Part shown: positions 9,189 through 18,550 of the stretch, in pieces
Position numbering within the stretch: the stretch's first letter is position 1
How the letters are laid out: each line of letters starts with the position of its first letter
Source of the DNA: Thainema sp.
GTDB taxonomy: Bacteria; Cyanobacteriota; Cyanobacteriia; Phormidesmidales; Phormidesmidaceae
NCBI GenBank assembly: GCA_052168235.1
Contig: JBQLZK010000001.1
Coordinates: forward strand, 192,001 to 256,000
Direction: 5' to 3'
Length of the DNA stretch: 64,000 nt
Notes under the pieces: model-generated
Told to the model about the DNA's origin: nothing
Databases searched by the model: none
The model's input: the letters and a program-made list of their open reading frames with translations, nothing else
Translations under genes and position numbers: made by a program

Positions 9189-10871
9189 GTGACCGATTTA
9201 GAGTGCATCCCTTACGCAGCCGCACATGCGGCAGAAGGTCTCTGTCTACTGTTAAAGATGGGGGCCTATCGCATTTTGCTGGATTGCGGTCTGTCCGACG
9301 TGTCATCGCTGATTGAGCAGTCGGGTCAGCAGCCACCTGCGGATTTCGTCCTGTGTAGCCACGCCCATCCCGATCATGCTCAGGGACTACTAACCCTGCA
9401 TGAAACTTATCCTCAGCTACCCATTTACGCCAGCGAAATTACAACTCAACTGCTGCCCTTGAACTGGCCTACGGTGCAGTCTGTGCCCCATTTCTGTCGG
9501 GCACTGCCCTGGCAAACCCCGATCGAGGTGCAGGATGGACTGAGCGTCGAGCTGTATCCAGCCGGACATTTGCCGGGAGCCGCTGCTTTTTTGCTCACCT
9601 ATCGAGCGGTGAATCGAACCTACACCGTGTTTTTTACGGGAGACTTCTTTTTGTCGAACTCCCGTTTGGTGCAGGGGCTGTCACTGGAACCTCTGCGGGG
9701 AATGAGGCCGGATGTGCTGATTATTGAAGGCAGTCACGGCACCGCGCGCTTTCCCCATCGTCGGCAGCAGGAAAACCAGCTTGCTGAGCGCTTGGATCAA
9801 GCCATTGCGGCTAATCAGTCCATTTTGTTGCCGACGCCGACGCTAGGGCTAGGGCAAGAACTGCTGATGCTGCTGCGGAGCCATCATCTATTTACGGGGC
9901 GAGATATTGATATTTGGGTCGAGGAGCGAGTGGCTCAGGGTTGCGATGCGTACCTGGACTTGCTGCCCCATTTTCCCAGCAGTATCCAGAATTTTGCGCG
10001 GCATCAGCCCCTGTTTTGGGACGACCGGATTCGGCCCTGTGTGCGCCGCTTACCAGATGGGCAGGCGGAGTTATCGCCCAGTAAGCCCTGTGTTGTAATT
10101 GCGCATCAAACGGCTGATTTAGCGAGTATTTTGCAGCGACAAAGCGGGCCGTGGGCTATCCTGGCGGCTCAGCGATCACAACAAGTCAGTGCCGACCACA
10201 TGAGCGATACTAAAGAACTGCTGATGCTCAGTCAGTCGCGCAGTTCGGCTAAACGGTTGCGATCGCGCTTGGCCAAAGGACGAGCGAAGTTTGACACCTA
10301 TTTGCTGAGCGATCACTGCGATGGGCCAGGGACGACCCAGCTGATTCACAATTTGCGGCCTCAGCACGTTGTCTTTGTGCATGGCTCGCCGATTTATCTG
10401 GCTGACTTAGCGGGGCTGGAAGAACTGCACAACCGCTATCACCTGCACATGCCCGCTGCTGGCACGCTGGTGGAGTTGCCGATTGGTGATACGTTTATTC
10501 AACCCGCTGCGCCAGAAACGGTCTATGAAGGGGAGTTAACGGAGCATATTGATCACATTGCGATCGCACTTTCGTCTGCGGTCACCCGTGATCCCCGCTG
10601 GGCTAACCTGTCAGATACTGGCGTTTTAGAAGCCCGCTGGCAGGGTGATGAGCTAGTGATCCGGGGATTACCGCAGCAGGAATTGCTACAGGCGGAAGAG
10701 AGTTTTGCGATCGCAACTGACCTAGAATGCTGCGAAAACTGTGTACACTATCGCAGTCAAACCTGCTGGAATCCAGCTTCACCACTGTTCCGGTTTCAAG
10801 TCAGCCCAGATGGCTATTGTCCTGCTTTCCAACCGCTGACCGACGTTAGCCCCGACGATGCTGTCTCATAG
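9189..10871 (+). CDS. MBL-fold metallo-hydrolase, beta-CASP (RNA-processing nuclease-like) family, with C-terminal Cys cluster
   Basis: LLDCG, SHAHPDH (HxHxDH), AGHLPG, FTGDF, DHCD and VHG motifs. Confidence 0.85.
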   Translation: MTDLECIPYAAAHAAEGLCLLLKMGAYRILLDCGLSDVSSLIEQSGQQPPADFVLCSHAHPDHAQGLLTLHETYPQLPIYASEITTQLLPLNWPTVQSVPHFCRALPWQTPIEVQDGLSVELYPAGHLPGAAAFLLTYRAVNRTYTVFFTGDFFLSNSRLVQGLSLEPLRGMRPDVLIIEGSHGTARFPHRRQQENQLAERLDQAIAANQSILLPTPTLGLGQELLMLLRSHHLFTGRDIDIWVEERVAQGCDAYLDLLPHFPSSIQNFARHQPLFWDDRIRPCVRRLPDGQAELSPSKPCVVIAHQTADLASILQRQSGPWAILAAQRSQQVSADHMSDTKELLMLSQSRSSAKRLRSRLAKGRAKFDTYLLSDHCDGPGTTQLIHNLRPQHVVFVHGSPIYLADLAGLEELHNRYHLHMPAAGTLVELPIGDTFIQPAAPETVYEGELTEHIDHIAIALSSAVTRDPRWANLSDTGVLEARWQGDELVIRGLPQQELLQAEESFAIATDLECCENCVHYRSQTCWNPASPLFRFQVSPDGYCPAFQPLTDVSPDDAVS

Positions 10872-10926
10872 GTTGTACTACCTCTACAAAATTGATGTTG
10901 AATCCGCTCGTCAACCTCGATTTGAG

Positions 10927-10965
10927 TTTCTGCAAAAGATACGCGTTGTACGCCTTTTGCAGAAA
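10927..10965. terminator. Bidirectional terminator-like hairpin
   Basis: TTTCTGCAAAAG...CTTTTGCAGAAA between convergent genes. Confidence 0.65.
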
Positions 10966-11067
10966 CGATAACTATTGCCGCTTAGGTTAAGGCATGAATG
11001 TCTTGTATCTGGTAGAGCGGCTAGGTCGCTCTACAAAAATGTCAAACCCCGTGTAAACCAGGTTCAA

Positions 11068-11442
11068 TTAGGCCGTAATCTCAACCTGATTAGTATCAAC
11101 GTCGGTTGCACCCTTTACCTTTCTAGCAGTGGTCACCATCTTATCGAGCACTTGCCGATTCGGAACCTTGCCTTTTAAGACTACGGTGCTGCCTGTTTGA
11201 GCAACCCACAGCGTTTCGATGTCGTCCAGATCTGGAGCATCATCAAAAGCTTTGGCAACTCGCTTCGCCAATCCGCTCTGATCATACTCACCATTCAAGC
11301 CCATCCGCTCAGCCGGAATTGATTCTTCTTGCTTGGATTGGGGTCTCGCTTCTCGTGTAGCCGTGGCTGCTGGACGACGAGAACTGCTTTGTTTTGCCTT
11401 CTCTTCTTCTTCTTTACCAAAAATACGACTTAGCCAACTCAT
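11068..11442 (-). CDS. BON-domain (phospholipid-binding) protein
   Basis: GEYDQSGLAKRV...VAQTGSTVVLKGKVP...ARKVKGATDVDT. Confidence 0.85.
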   Translation of the reverse strand: MSWLSRIFGKEEEEKAKQSSSRRPAATATREARPQSKQEESIPAERMGLNGEYDQSGLAKRVAKAFDDAPDLDDIETLWVAQTGSTVVLKGKVPNRQVLDKMVTTARKVKGATDVDTNQVEITA

Positions 11443-11714
11443 ATTAAACGTTCCTCTTGTCTAGATTGTTACGAAAAGTGTGAACAATCTTGATTAAAGC
11501 GAACTGGCTAATGGCTAGTTATCTGCCGTCTGGTCTATTAGGGTTCTATCTGAAAGCGAGTTTCATTCCGTTGTGTCCTCTATCCCAAGAGAATCCTAAA
11601 TCAGGATATTGCCGCCGAATTGCTTGCAATATCCTGGTTTGGAATCTTGAACGGCTAAGCATCATGACTATTATGCTTGGCAGTGGTATTCAGATAATGA
11701 TTTTGGGGGCTACC

Positions 11715-13325
11715 TTATGCTTCATGCCCCGCCATAAAACGGTCAACTGGATAGTCTTGCCACTGACCCCGATATTTTTCAACCACAAATGGGCAAACCT
11801 CAAATCGTGGCGGATCACCAGGCTGGACGTTAATTTTCAAAAATGAATAGGGACGGTGTTTGTGGGAGCCTTTGCCGTTTCGACCCAAGAAAAGATGCGA
11901 TCGCGCAATAATTTCATCCGGCACCTTAGGTTGCTCTAACCGATCTGAATCAAATAGGTTACCGCCTTCTGCCCGCTGCCGTCGCAAGCTATAGCCACTA
12001 CCACCACAAACCAACCAGTCAATATGGGAATCAGCATGGCCCGTATCGTCGGTGCGAATATGCTCCATACAGTGGGCGTGACCGTTAATCACCAGATCTA
12101 CGACTGAACGCTGGCCGGGATCAATACCAACCTGCTCAGCGACTCGATTTAATACCTGCCTGATCTCATAGCGGACAGCCAGGGTTTGGCCCTGATGCCA
12201 CTTGGTCGCCTCTGTGACGTAAGGCGGATGATGGAAAAACAGAATTCTGCCTCGGCTAGTAGGATTTTGCCACGATTCAATTAAGCGTTGCTGAAGCCAA
12301 GCTAACTGCTCTAAGTCGTTTTCATTTTGTTTAAACGACCATTGCCCCGCCTGATTTTGCGTCGCGAGCTGCTTCCGAATATCTCGAATTTGTTCATCAA
12401 TTTGCTCCGCCTCAGCGTAGGCATCATCGATTTGCTCACACTCGTCCGGTAGCTCCGGATCAAGCCCAGCCACGGATGCCAAAATTTCTCCTCGCTCATG
12501 CTCTAGCTCTTGCAGCCGCTGGGGAAGCTGCTGACGAATGGCTCGCCCCTCTGCCGTATCGGGGAGCGGTTGAGGATGATTAAACGTATTGGAATCCAGG
12601 GCAAAAAAGTCAATGCCGCCGTAGCTAAAGCTGTAATAGCGGTTTGGTAGCCGAGTGAATTCTCCTGGCCGATACATTAAACAGCGACCAAAGCGATCGG
12701 TGGGTTGATAGTGCTTCTCTAAATGATTGGCTAGCTGATATTCACCAATGCCTTGTAGATAGTCTAGAAACGCACGGGCAAAGGCATCTCCTTTGAACGA
12801 ACCATGCCAGCCCACGTCTAGGTCGATATAGGCGCGAAATAGGTAGCGCAGTGGCCAAGAGATTTGATTGGCTAAGCCGATGAACCAGGGCAGATCGTAA
12901 TAATCGTGATTGCCCAGCACGGGTAAGATAGGCGACTGAAACACCATGCGATCGTAGGGGATCGTCTTAGGTGCTTCTCCGCCCACTAGAAACTCCCGGT
13001 AGGGACTGATGAAATTTTGGTAATACTGTTCCCGCGACCCAACCAGATAGACTACATCGCCTGTGTGCAGCGTAAAGCGACGATCGGGGCAGTTTTCTAG
13101 AAGGCTTTTGGCAATGCGGCGTTGGGGGCTATCGCCTTTGTGATGTCCGGTACCGCTATCCCCCAATACGCAAAAGGAAAAGGCTTCGTCCTGGTTTCGC
13201 CCATCATCAAGGACAACATGAGTTTGATCGATACCTTGTTTGGCAATTTGCGGATGCTGCCAGCGCACCCGCGCTTTCATTTTGCTGATCTTGGTTTTGA
13301 TTCGAGGTTCCGTAACAAATTTCAT
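11715..13325 (-). CDS. Calcineurin-like metallophosphoesterase
   Basis: GDSG, HTGDVVY, LGNHDY, FFHHPPY, NGHAH motifs. Confidence 0.88.
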   Translation of the reverse strand: MKFVTEPRIKTKISKMKARVRWQHPQIAKQGIDQTHVVLDDGRNQDEAFSFCVLGDSGTGHHKGDSPQRRIAKSLLENCPDRRFTLHTGDVVYLVGSREQYYQNFISPYREFLVGGEAPKTIPYDRMVFQSPILPVLGNHDYYDLPWFIGLANQISWPLRYLFRAYIDLDVGWHGSFKGDAFARAFLDYLQGIGEYQLANHLEKHYQPTDRFGRCLMYRPGEFTRLPNRYYSFSYGGIDFFALDSNTFNHPQPLPDTAEGRAIRQQLPQRLQELEHERGEILASVAGLDPELPDECEQIDDAYAEAEQIDEQIRDIRKQLATQNQAGQWSFKQNENDLEQLAWLQQRLIESWQNPTSRGRILFFHHPPYVTEATKWHQGQTLAVRYEIRQVLNRVAEQVGIDPGQRSVVDLVINGHAHCMEHIRTDDTGHADSHIDWLVCGGSGYSLRRQRAEGGNLFDSDRLEQPKVPDEIIARSHLFLGRNGKGSHKHRPYSFLKINVQPGDPPRFEVCPFVVEKYRGQWQDYPVDRFMAGHEA

Positions 13326-13514
13326 GCAGTGGCAAACAAAATGACAGCACCTAGTCCTAGGTAAGACCCACTGAGCGTTCGCGGGTCAGTTACCCGTATC
13401 TAACTAAGGTACTGTGTCTATGTAGGTAGGACAGCTACCAATAGTATGAGTCCCTCACGCGAACTGGAAAAAAGCGTGTCTACTCTATTGCTCAATATAG
13501 TGAGATCGCAAATG

Positions 13515-14006
13515 TTAGCGATAATTGGTGAACTGAAGTGCGATCGGCCAATCTTCGCGCTTAATCAGCTGAATGGCATCCTGCAAGTCATCTTTTGACT
13601 TGGCTGAGATACGTACAGAATCGCCCTGAATCGATGCCTGCACTTTCTTAAATTCATCCCGGATCAGCTTCGTAAGTTTTTTGGCAAGTTCCTGACTAAT
13701 CCCTTTTTGTAGGGTTACTTCTTGGCGAATTCGATTACCGCTCGCCGATTCAATCTTGCCAAAGTCGAAAATTTTCAGCGACAAATTCCGCTTCGCCGCC
13801 TTAGTCTGAATTACATCATGAACGGACTGAAGCGTAAACTCGCTGTCCGTGCTAATCGTGATCGTTTCGTCACCGAGATCAATCGTCGTGTTCGTATTCT
13901 TCAGATCGTATCGGCTGTTAATTTCACGCCGAGCTTGATCAAGCGCATTAACTAGCTCTTGACGATCAAAATCGCTGACAACGTCGAAGGAGTACGTTGA
14001 AGCCAT
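13515..14006 (-). CDS. yajQ: YajQ family nucleotide/c-di-GMP-binding protein
   Basis: [16 protein letters not shown]...[21 protein letters not shown]...LQFTNYR. Confidence 0.95.
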   Translation of the reverse strand: MASTYSFDVVSDFDRQELVNALDQARREINSRYDLKNTNTTIDLGDETITISTDSEFTLQSVHDVIQTKAAKRNLSLKIFDFGKIESASGNRIRQEVTLQKGISQELAKKLTKLIRDEFKKVQASIQGDSVRISAKSKDDLQDAIQLIKREDWPIALQFTNYR

Positions 14007-14121
14007 AAATGCCTATTGCTCAATAACAGCTTTACAATACTAGCGCCGCAGCAGTAATCGTTCTACTGACAGAGCGATAGAAGCTTGATTAGCGCTAGTG
14101 CAACACCGTGATCCACCAGAA

Positions 14122-14625
14122 TTAGTCAAAATAGAACAGCGTAACGACCTTACGCAGATCTTCCGCCTCTTGGCAGGTTTTCAGCAGCGTATGGCTGTCA
14201 TGAAAAGCAAAACAAATCAGCTGCTGGCAGCGCGAAACAATTTCTTGGTTACACACAGAGCTAGCCTCTGCCAAGGACATTGCATCATTCTCAGGATTTT
14301 CAACCAGGTGAATAACCTGCTCTAGCTGATCCCGCGATTCACGGGGTTGACGATCCAGACTTTGCGGCAAAATCACCGTTAGCAAATTCGGATCGGCTCG
14401 CATCGCCCCTCGAATGGCAGCAGAGTTTGTACCCGTTGCACCGGAAGTCAGCAGATGATTACCTGAGAGGACAAGAGCATAGCTCATCAGTTCGATTAGC
14501 CGCTGATGCGTAATAGGAACATGGCGCGAACCCAGTACAGCAATTCGCTTAGAACCCGTTTCCTGAATGGTTGCTAGCTCTTGCAGGAACTCGTCAATTT
14601 TGGGAATATCGATGGATTGACTCAA
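14122..14625 (-). CDS. DprA/Smf-like Rossmann-fold protein (DNA recombination-mediator protein A family)
   Basis: KRIAVLGSRH, TSGATGTNSAAIRGA, CFAFHDS; TTG start. Conserved cyanobacterial neighbour of yajQ and the DRTGG gene. Confidence 0.75.
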   Translation of the reverse strand: MSQSIDIPKIDEFLQELATIQETGSKRIAVLGSRHVPITHQRLIELMSYALVLSGNHLLTSGATGTNSAAIRGAMRADPNLLTVILPQSLDRQPRESRDQLEQVIHLVENPENDAMSLAEASSVCNQEIVSRCQQLICFAFHDSHTLLKTCQEAEDLRKVVTLFYFD

Positions 14626-14742
14626 AGAACAGACGCTTCAAAATGTTAAACAATCGGGCTCATTCTACCAGAAGACCTGAGCGACAAACGCAATAATCTG
14701 CAAATCAGTTTATTCGTCTGGTGTACCGCATAGTACGTTACT

Positions 14743-15828
14743 TTATGCGGAAATAGCTGGTTGAATACCGAGTAAGGCCATCAACCGCTCAACATCGAAG
14801 TGGGCATCCATCAGCTCTTTCATGCACTGTACTTTAATCGGTTCATGCAGACGCACCTGCCCGAACGTTTGGTCAATGATTTCTACTGTCGTCAAGGTGT
14901 CGAGATCAACTGACAAGATAGGAACTTCTAAATCTTCGGCCCGCCCCAGAATTTCAGGTGAAGGGGGTAAATGTCCTGTCAAAATCAAACACTGGGTTGA
15001 GGTTTCCAGGGCGGCAAGTTGAATGTCGGTGCGATCGCCGCCGGTCACAACTGCCATATTCTGGCCTTTCCGAAAATATTTGAGAGCTGAGTTAACGTTC
15101 ATAGCCCCAATGCTGAGACTTTCAACCAGTAAATCCATCCGCTCTCGGCTACAGAGAACTTCGGCATTGAGCCGTTCAACAAGCTCACCAACGCTAACAC
15201 TCCGTAGCAGTTGATTACGAGGTAAGAGTCCAAATACAGTAATGTCTTGCTTTTCTAAGTAGGGCTTGACCGTAGTTTGCACCTTTTCAAGTTGGTCGGA
15301 TGGTACGTCGTTGATCACAACACCAGCTAAATGCTTGCCGAGACGCTGCTTGGCAGCTAAGAGTGAGTCCACAACTAGCACGGAATGGAACCGAGCTACG
15401 ATGAGAACTTGAGCATTCATGCATTCAGCTACTTGCGGTAGCGATAGATCAAACAGCTTGCCTTCTTCTAGGGTGCCAGGGCCTTCCAGCAGAATTAGAT
15501 CACCGTTTTGCTCATTGCCGTATTCAGCTAGAGCCTGTTGATAATTAGTTTGGTCATGTCCCGATAGACGTGCTTCTATGGTTGGCTCGTCTAGGGTCAA
15601 AACAGTGGGACAAATGCGGCTGGTTGACAGATCGAGTGACTTAGCAATAAAGCGTACATCTTCATCGACTCCGTCATTCTGCTCGCTTGGGAGAGTGCCC
15701 AGAGGCTTACCGTAGGCTATTTCCAGCCCTCGATTTTGTAGCTGATAGCCAACGCCTAGAACAGTCGCGGATTTACCGCTATAGGCTTCGGTTGAGCTTA
15801 TAAGAAGATACGTCGATGGTTTCGGCAC
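14743..15828 (-). CDS. Phosphotransacetylase N-terminal-like protein (BioD-like P-loop plus DRTGG domain)
   Basis: STEAYSGKS P-loop, IGAM, VTGGDRTDIQLAALE, LILTG; GTG start 15828 inferred. Confidence 0.88.
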   Translation of the reverse strand: MPKPSTYLLISSTEAYSGKSATVLGVGYQLQNRGLEIAYGKPLGTLPSEQNDGVDEDVRFIAKSLDLSTSRICPTVLTLDEPTIEARLSGHDQTNYQQALAEYGNEQNGDLILLEGPGTLEEGKLFDLSLPQVAECMNAQVLIVARFHSVLVVDSLLAAKQRLGKHLAGVVINDVPSDQLEKVQTTVKPYLEKQDITVFGLLPRNQLLRSVSVGELVERLNAEVLCSRERMDLLVESLSIGAMNVNSALKYFRKGQNMAVVTGGDRTDIQLAALETSTQCLILTGHLPPSPEILGRAEDLEVPILSVDLDTLTTVEIIDQTFGQVRLHEPIKVQCMKELMDAHFDVERLMALLGIQPAISA

Positions 15829-16187
15829 GCCTTTGATCCTCACAACTTGCAGTCGATTTTACAATTGCCGCGTTACGGTTCGGCCTTTTTCCTAAAGTTT
15901 TAGCAATTCAATCTTTGCGTCTCAGGCGTTCTAGCATTCTGCTGATACTGAATGCGCTGCTAAAACGAGTCTTGGCTGCTAATCCGACTTTGTGAAAGTT
16001 ACGCACTGCATGTCTTTCACAAAAAACATTCTGGGATTTTATAGCCAGATCACGGATTAAACAAACTGCTATTCGAATTTTGCCTCTGGAATTTTTTGAA
16101 TTTTGCCTCTGAAATATCTTAACGAATAAGCCGAGTTATATCGTTGACGACCTTTGATGGCAGATACAAGTATCTCCTCCACACAAC

Positions 16188-16223
16188 AAAGGAGGGCGGT
16201 TGCGATCGCAACCGCCCTCCTTT
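16188..16223. terminator. Perfect 36-bp palindrome centred on HIP1; probable terminator
   Basis: AAAGGAGGGCGGT-TGCGATCGCA-ACCGCCCTCCTTT downstream of ebsA. Confidence 0.7.
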
Positions 16224-16268
16224 ATTTCTGGCTTTATAGCCTATGAGGATGTGACAAGCAGTACGTTT

Positions 16269-16661
16269 TTACTCATCGTACCGCATTAATTTGCGATAAA
16301 AGGACTGGGTAAAATCGATGGGCGCTTTGCGGCGGAGCAGCAGCACAATGTCAATTAGATAATTGATGAATTCGAAATTAGCCATCGTGACTTCGTAGCT
16401 GAGTTCTGCATTGCCGTCGAATTGCATACGGCATCGGGTTAAGTCTGCTGGCAGGGAGGATACGTACCATGTTGCCAGAAAAGGAATACTGTCTCCGCCC
16501 TCAATGGCGCGTTCTCCTTCGAGGTTGCCGCGTTTGTATAGCGTGATGGCATAGGGCAACAGGTTCCGTCGATTTCCCTGATAATAGGGAAAGTAAACGC
16601 CAACTTCCCGCTTGTCGGCGGGTTGGAGTTGCTCAATCGATAAATGGCTCGTCTGTTCCAT
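16269..16661 (-). CDS. ebsA: Type IV pilus/biofilm-suppression protein EbsA
   Basis: SIEQLQPA...VYFPYYQG...LEGERAIEGGDSIPF.ATW...LPADLTRCRMQFDGNAELSYEV...FYRKL; start uncertain. Confidence 0.85.
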   Translation of the reverse strand: MEQTSHLSIEQLQPADKREVGVYFPYYQGNRRNLLPYAITLYKRGNLEGERAIEGGDSIPFLATWYVSSLPADLTRCRMQFDGNAELSYEVTMANFEFINYLIDIVLLLRRKAPIDFTQSFYRKLMRYDE

Positions 16662-16982
16662 AGGTCTGGGTGTAGTGCTACGACTGCGATCGCACAATTG
16701 GGAGGCAATTGGCAATCAGATAGATTGGTAAATAGGCAGCAGATTGAATTGGGCTATTCCCGATGGTTTAACATCGAGTCCAATGCGACATCAAATCCTG
16801 GCTCAGGCATAAGTATGCCCTGTTCTCACCCGAAAGTATGCGTCTACAGCAAAAAACTTATGTGCAATCCTAACGAGAAGCCATTAACACAAGCTCAGAG
16901 TCCTGATATTGTTTAGTTAAAGTTCGGATGTGTTTGCAATCCTTTACATCAATAATTGAATCTACGTTCTGAATCAGACGTT

Positions 16983-17086
16983 TATAGCGCTTCTTGCGCT
17001 AGTAAAGGGAGATTATTTTTTGAAAGCCGCGCGAAGCGCGGCTTTCAAAAAATAACTTGTACCTCAGTAGCTTAGGAAAGGCTATA
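16983..17086. mobile_element. MITE-like element with TATAGC...GCTATA ends and internal long hairpin
   Basis: Inverted termini; internal TTATTTTTTGAAAGCCGCGC-GAA-GCGCGGCTTTCAAAAAATAA. Same architecture as the elements at 39177, 42940 and 52489. Confidence 0.65.
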
Positions 17087-17566
17087 TCTATAGGGCTTAG
17101 CCAATATCGCTTTCACTGAGTTTTTGGCTGATTAATTTTCTTTTGAAAATCCAATCACGAGATATTTATTTCCGCTTGATAACACTTATCCAATCTATCT
17201 ACTGAGATAGTTGCCAAACGCAATCTCGTCGTGCAGATCGTACTTATGATGAAACATCATTGTCTAACAATGGATACCTATATCTGTCACCTATGCCTGT
17301 AGTGACATGCATATCAATCGCTTTATAACTAAATTTTTATCGTTGCAATAGAGGAATCTATTCGATATCAAGTCCAATTGATTCATTTCACTTCTCGCAA
17401 CGCTTTATTCTCTCTTCTTTTTTGCCTCAAAGGGCATGCAGAGATAGTTTACGGCTTGAGTTGAAGTCGCTCAATGCTTTTCCTATAACCAGCCCGACGA
17501 CTCAATATACTAAATACTGGATTTCAATTTTCACTTTCGTTTAGTTTTTCATTCTTGAGATGCGCT

Positions 17567-18550
17567 ATGCCTCCTTTGGTTGCCAATTACTACCTAACCT
17601 ATCGCTGCAATGCACGCTGCCATTTTTGCGATATTTGGACACTTGAACCAGGCAAAGAAGCCGATACTGAAGCCATTAAGCATAACCTCCGTGATCTAAA
17701 ACGGCTCGGAGTGAAATATATAGATTTCACTGGTGGAGAGCCGTTACTGCGGTCAGATGTGGCTGAGGTCTATACCGAAGCTAAGCAGCTAGGATTTATG
17801 ACCAGCATGACCAGCAACGCCATTCTTTATCCGCGTAAAGCTAGAGAAATTCAAGGCTTAATTGACTTCTTAAATTTCTCCTTGGATGGGGCAGATGCGG
17901 AAACCCATGATCAATCAAGGGGCGTCCAAATTTTTGACAACTTGGTTGAGTCTGTCAAATTAGCGAAATCATTGGGAGAATACCCCGTTCTTAACCACAC
18001 TGTCACCGCACAGAACTATGATCGAATTGGGGAAGTTGCACAGTTAGGCGCTGATTTGGGCGTCAGAGTTTGGCTCAATCCGGCTTTCACCGCTCATGAT
18101 CGCTATAACGACGGTAAAAATCCAACTCCCGAAATCGTGAAGGCGATTCGAGATACAGCCAAGCAGTATCCTAATATGGGCTTTAATAAAGCTGCGCTGG
18201 CGTTCATTGAAGCAGGTGGAAACGATACCCGCAATCCACGCTGTAAAGCTGTTGATGCGGTAATTGCGATCTCGCCAAACGATGAGTTGCTCTTACCGTG
18301 CTATCACTTTGCTCAGAAGGGTTTGCCAATTCAGGGTAGGCTATATGAGTTATATAAACAATCTACCGAAGTCGAGCGGTATCGCCGCGATCAGGGACGA
18401 TTGTCCGTTTGTGAGGGATGCACGGTTTGGTGTTATCTCATCCCCAGCTTCTTCCTCGGTATTGATAAATATTGGTGGTTAAATCAGGTTACCTATGCCG
18501 GAGAATTCCTGGCCCGAAAACGAATCTCACAAGGTGTTCGCACCGCTTGA
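17567..18550 (+). CDS. Radical SAM protein with C-terminal SPASM/twitch-like auxiliary Cys motif
   Basis: CNARCHFC (CxxxCxxC), FTGGEPLL, SLDG; C-terminal C...LPC...CEGCTVWC. Overlaps the next gene by 56 nt. Confidence 0.9.
   Translation: MPPLVANYYLTYRCNARCHFCDIWTLEPGKEADTEAIKHNLRDLKRLGVKYIDFTGGEPLLRSDVAEVYTEAKQLGFMTSMTSNAILYPRKAREIQGLIDFLNFSLDGADAETHDQSRGVQIFDNLVESVKLAKSLGEYPVLNHTVTAQNYDRIGEVAQLGADLGVRVWLNPAFTAHDRYNDGKNPTPEIVKAIRDTAKQYPNMGFNKAALAFIEAGGNDTRNPRCKAVDAVIAISPNDELLLPCYHFAQKGLPIQGRLYELYKQSTEVERYRRDQGRLSVCEGCTVWCYLIPSFFLGIDKYWWLNQVTYAGEFLARKRISQGVRTA

Noticed and set aside
8840..9336. ORFs 8840-9124 (+) and 8929-9336 (-)
   Set aside because: They overlap ndhP and the MBL gene and show no protein-like features.
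16170..16186. Yfr1 sRNA
   Set aside because: The canonical ACTCCTCACAC is not matched exactly and the usual guaB/trxA context is absent; kept only as a generic candidate.
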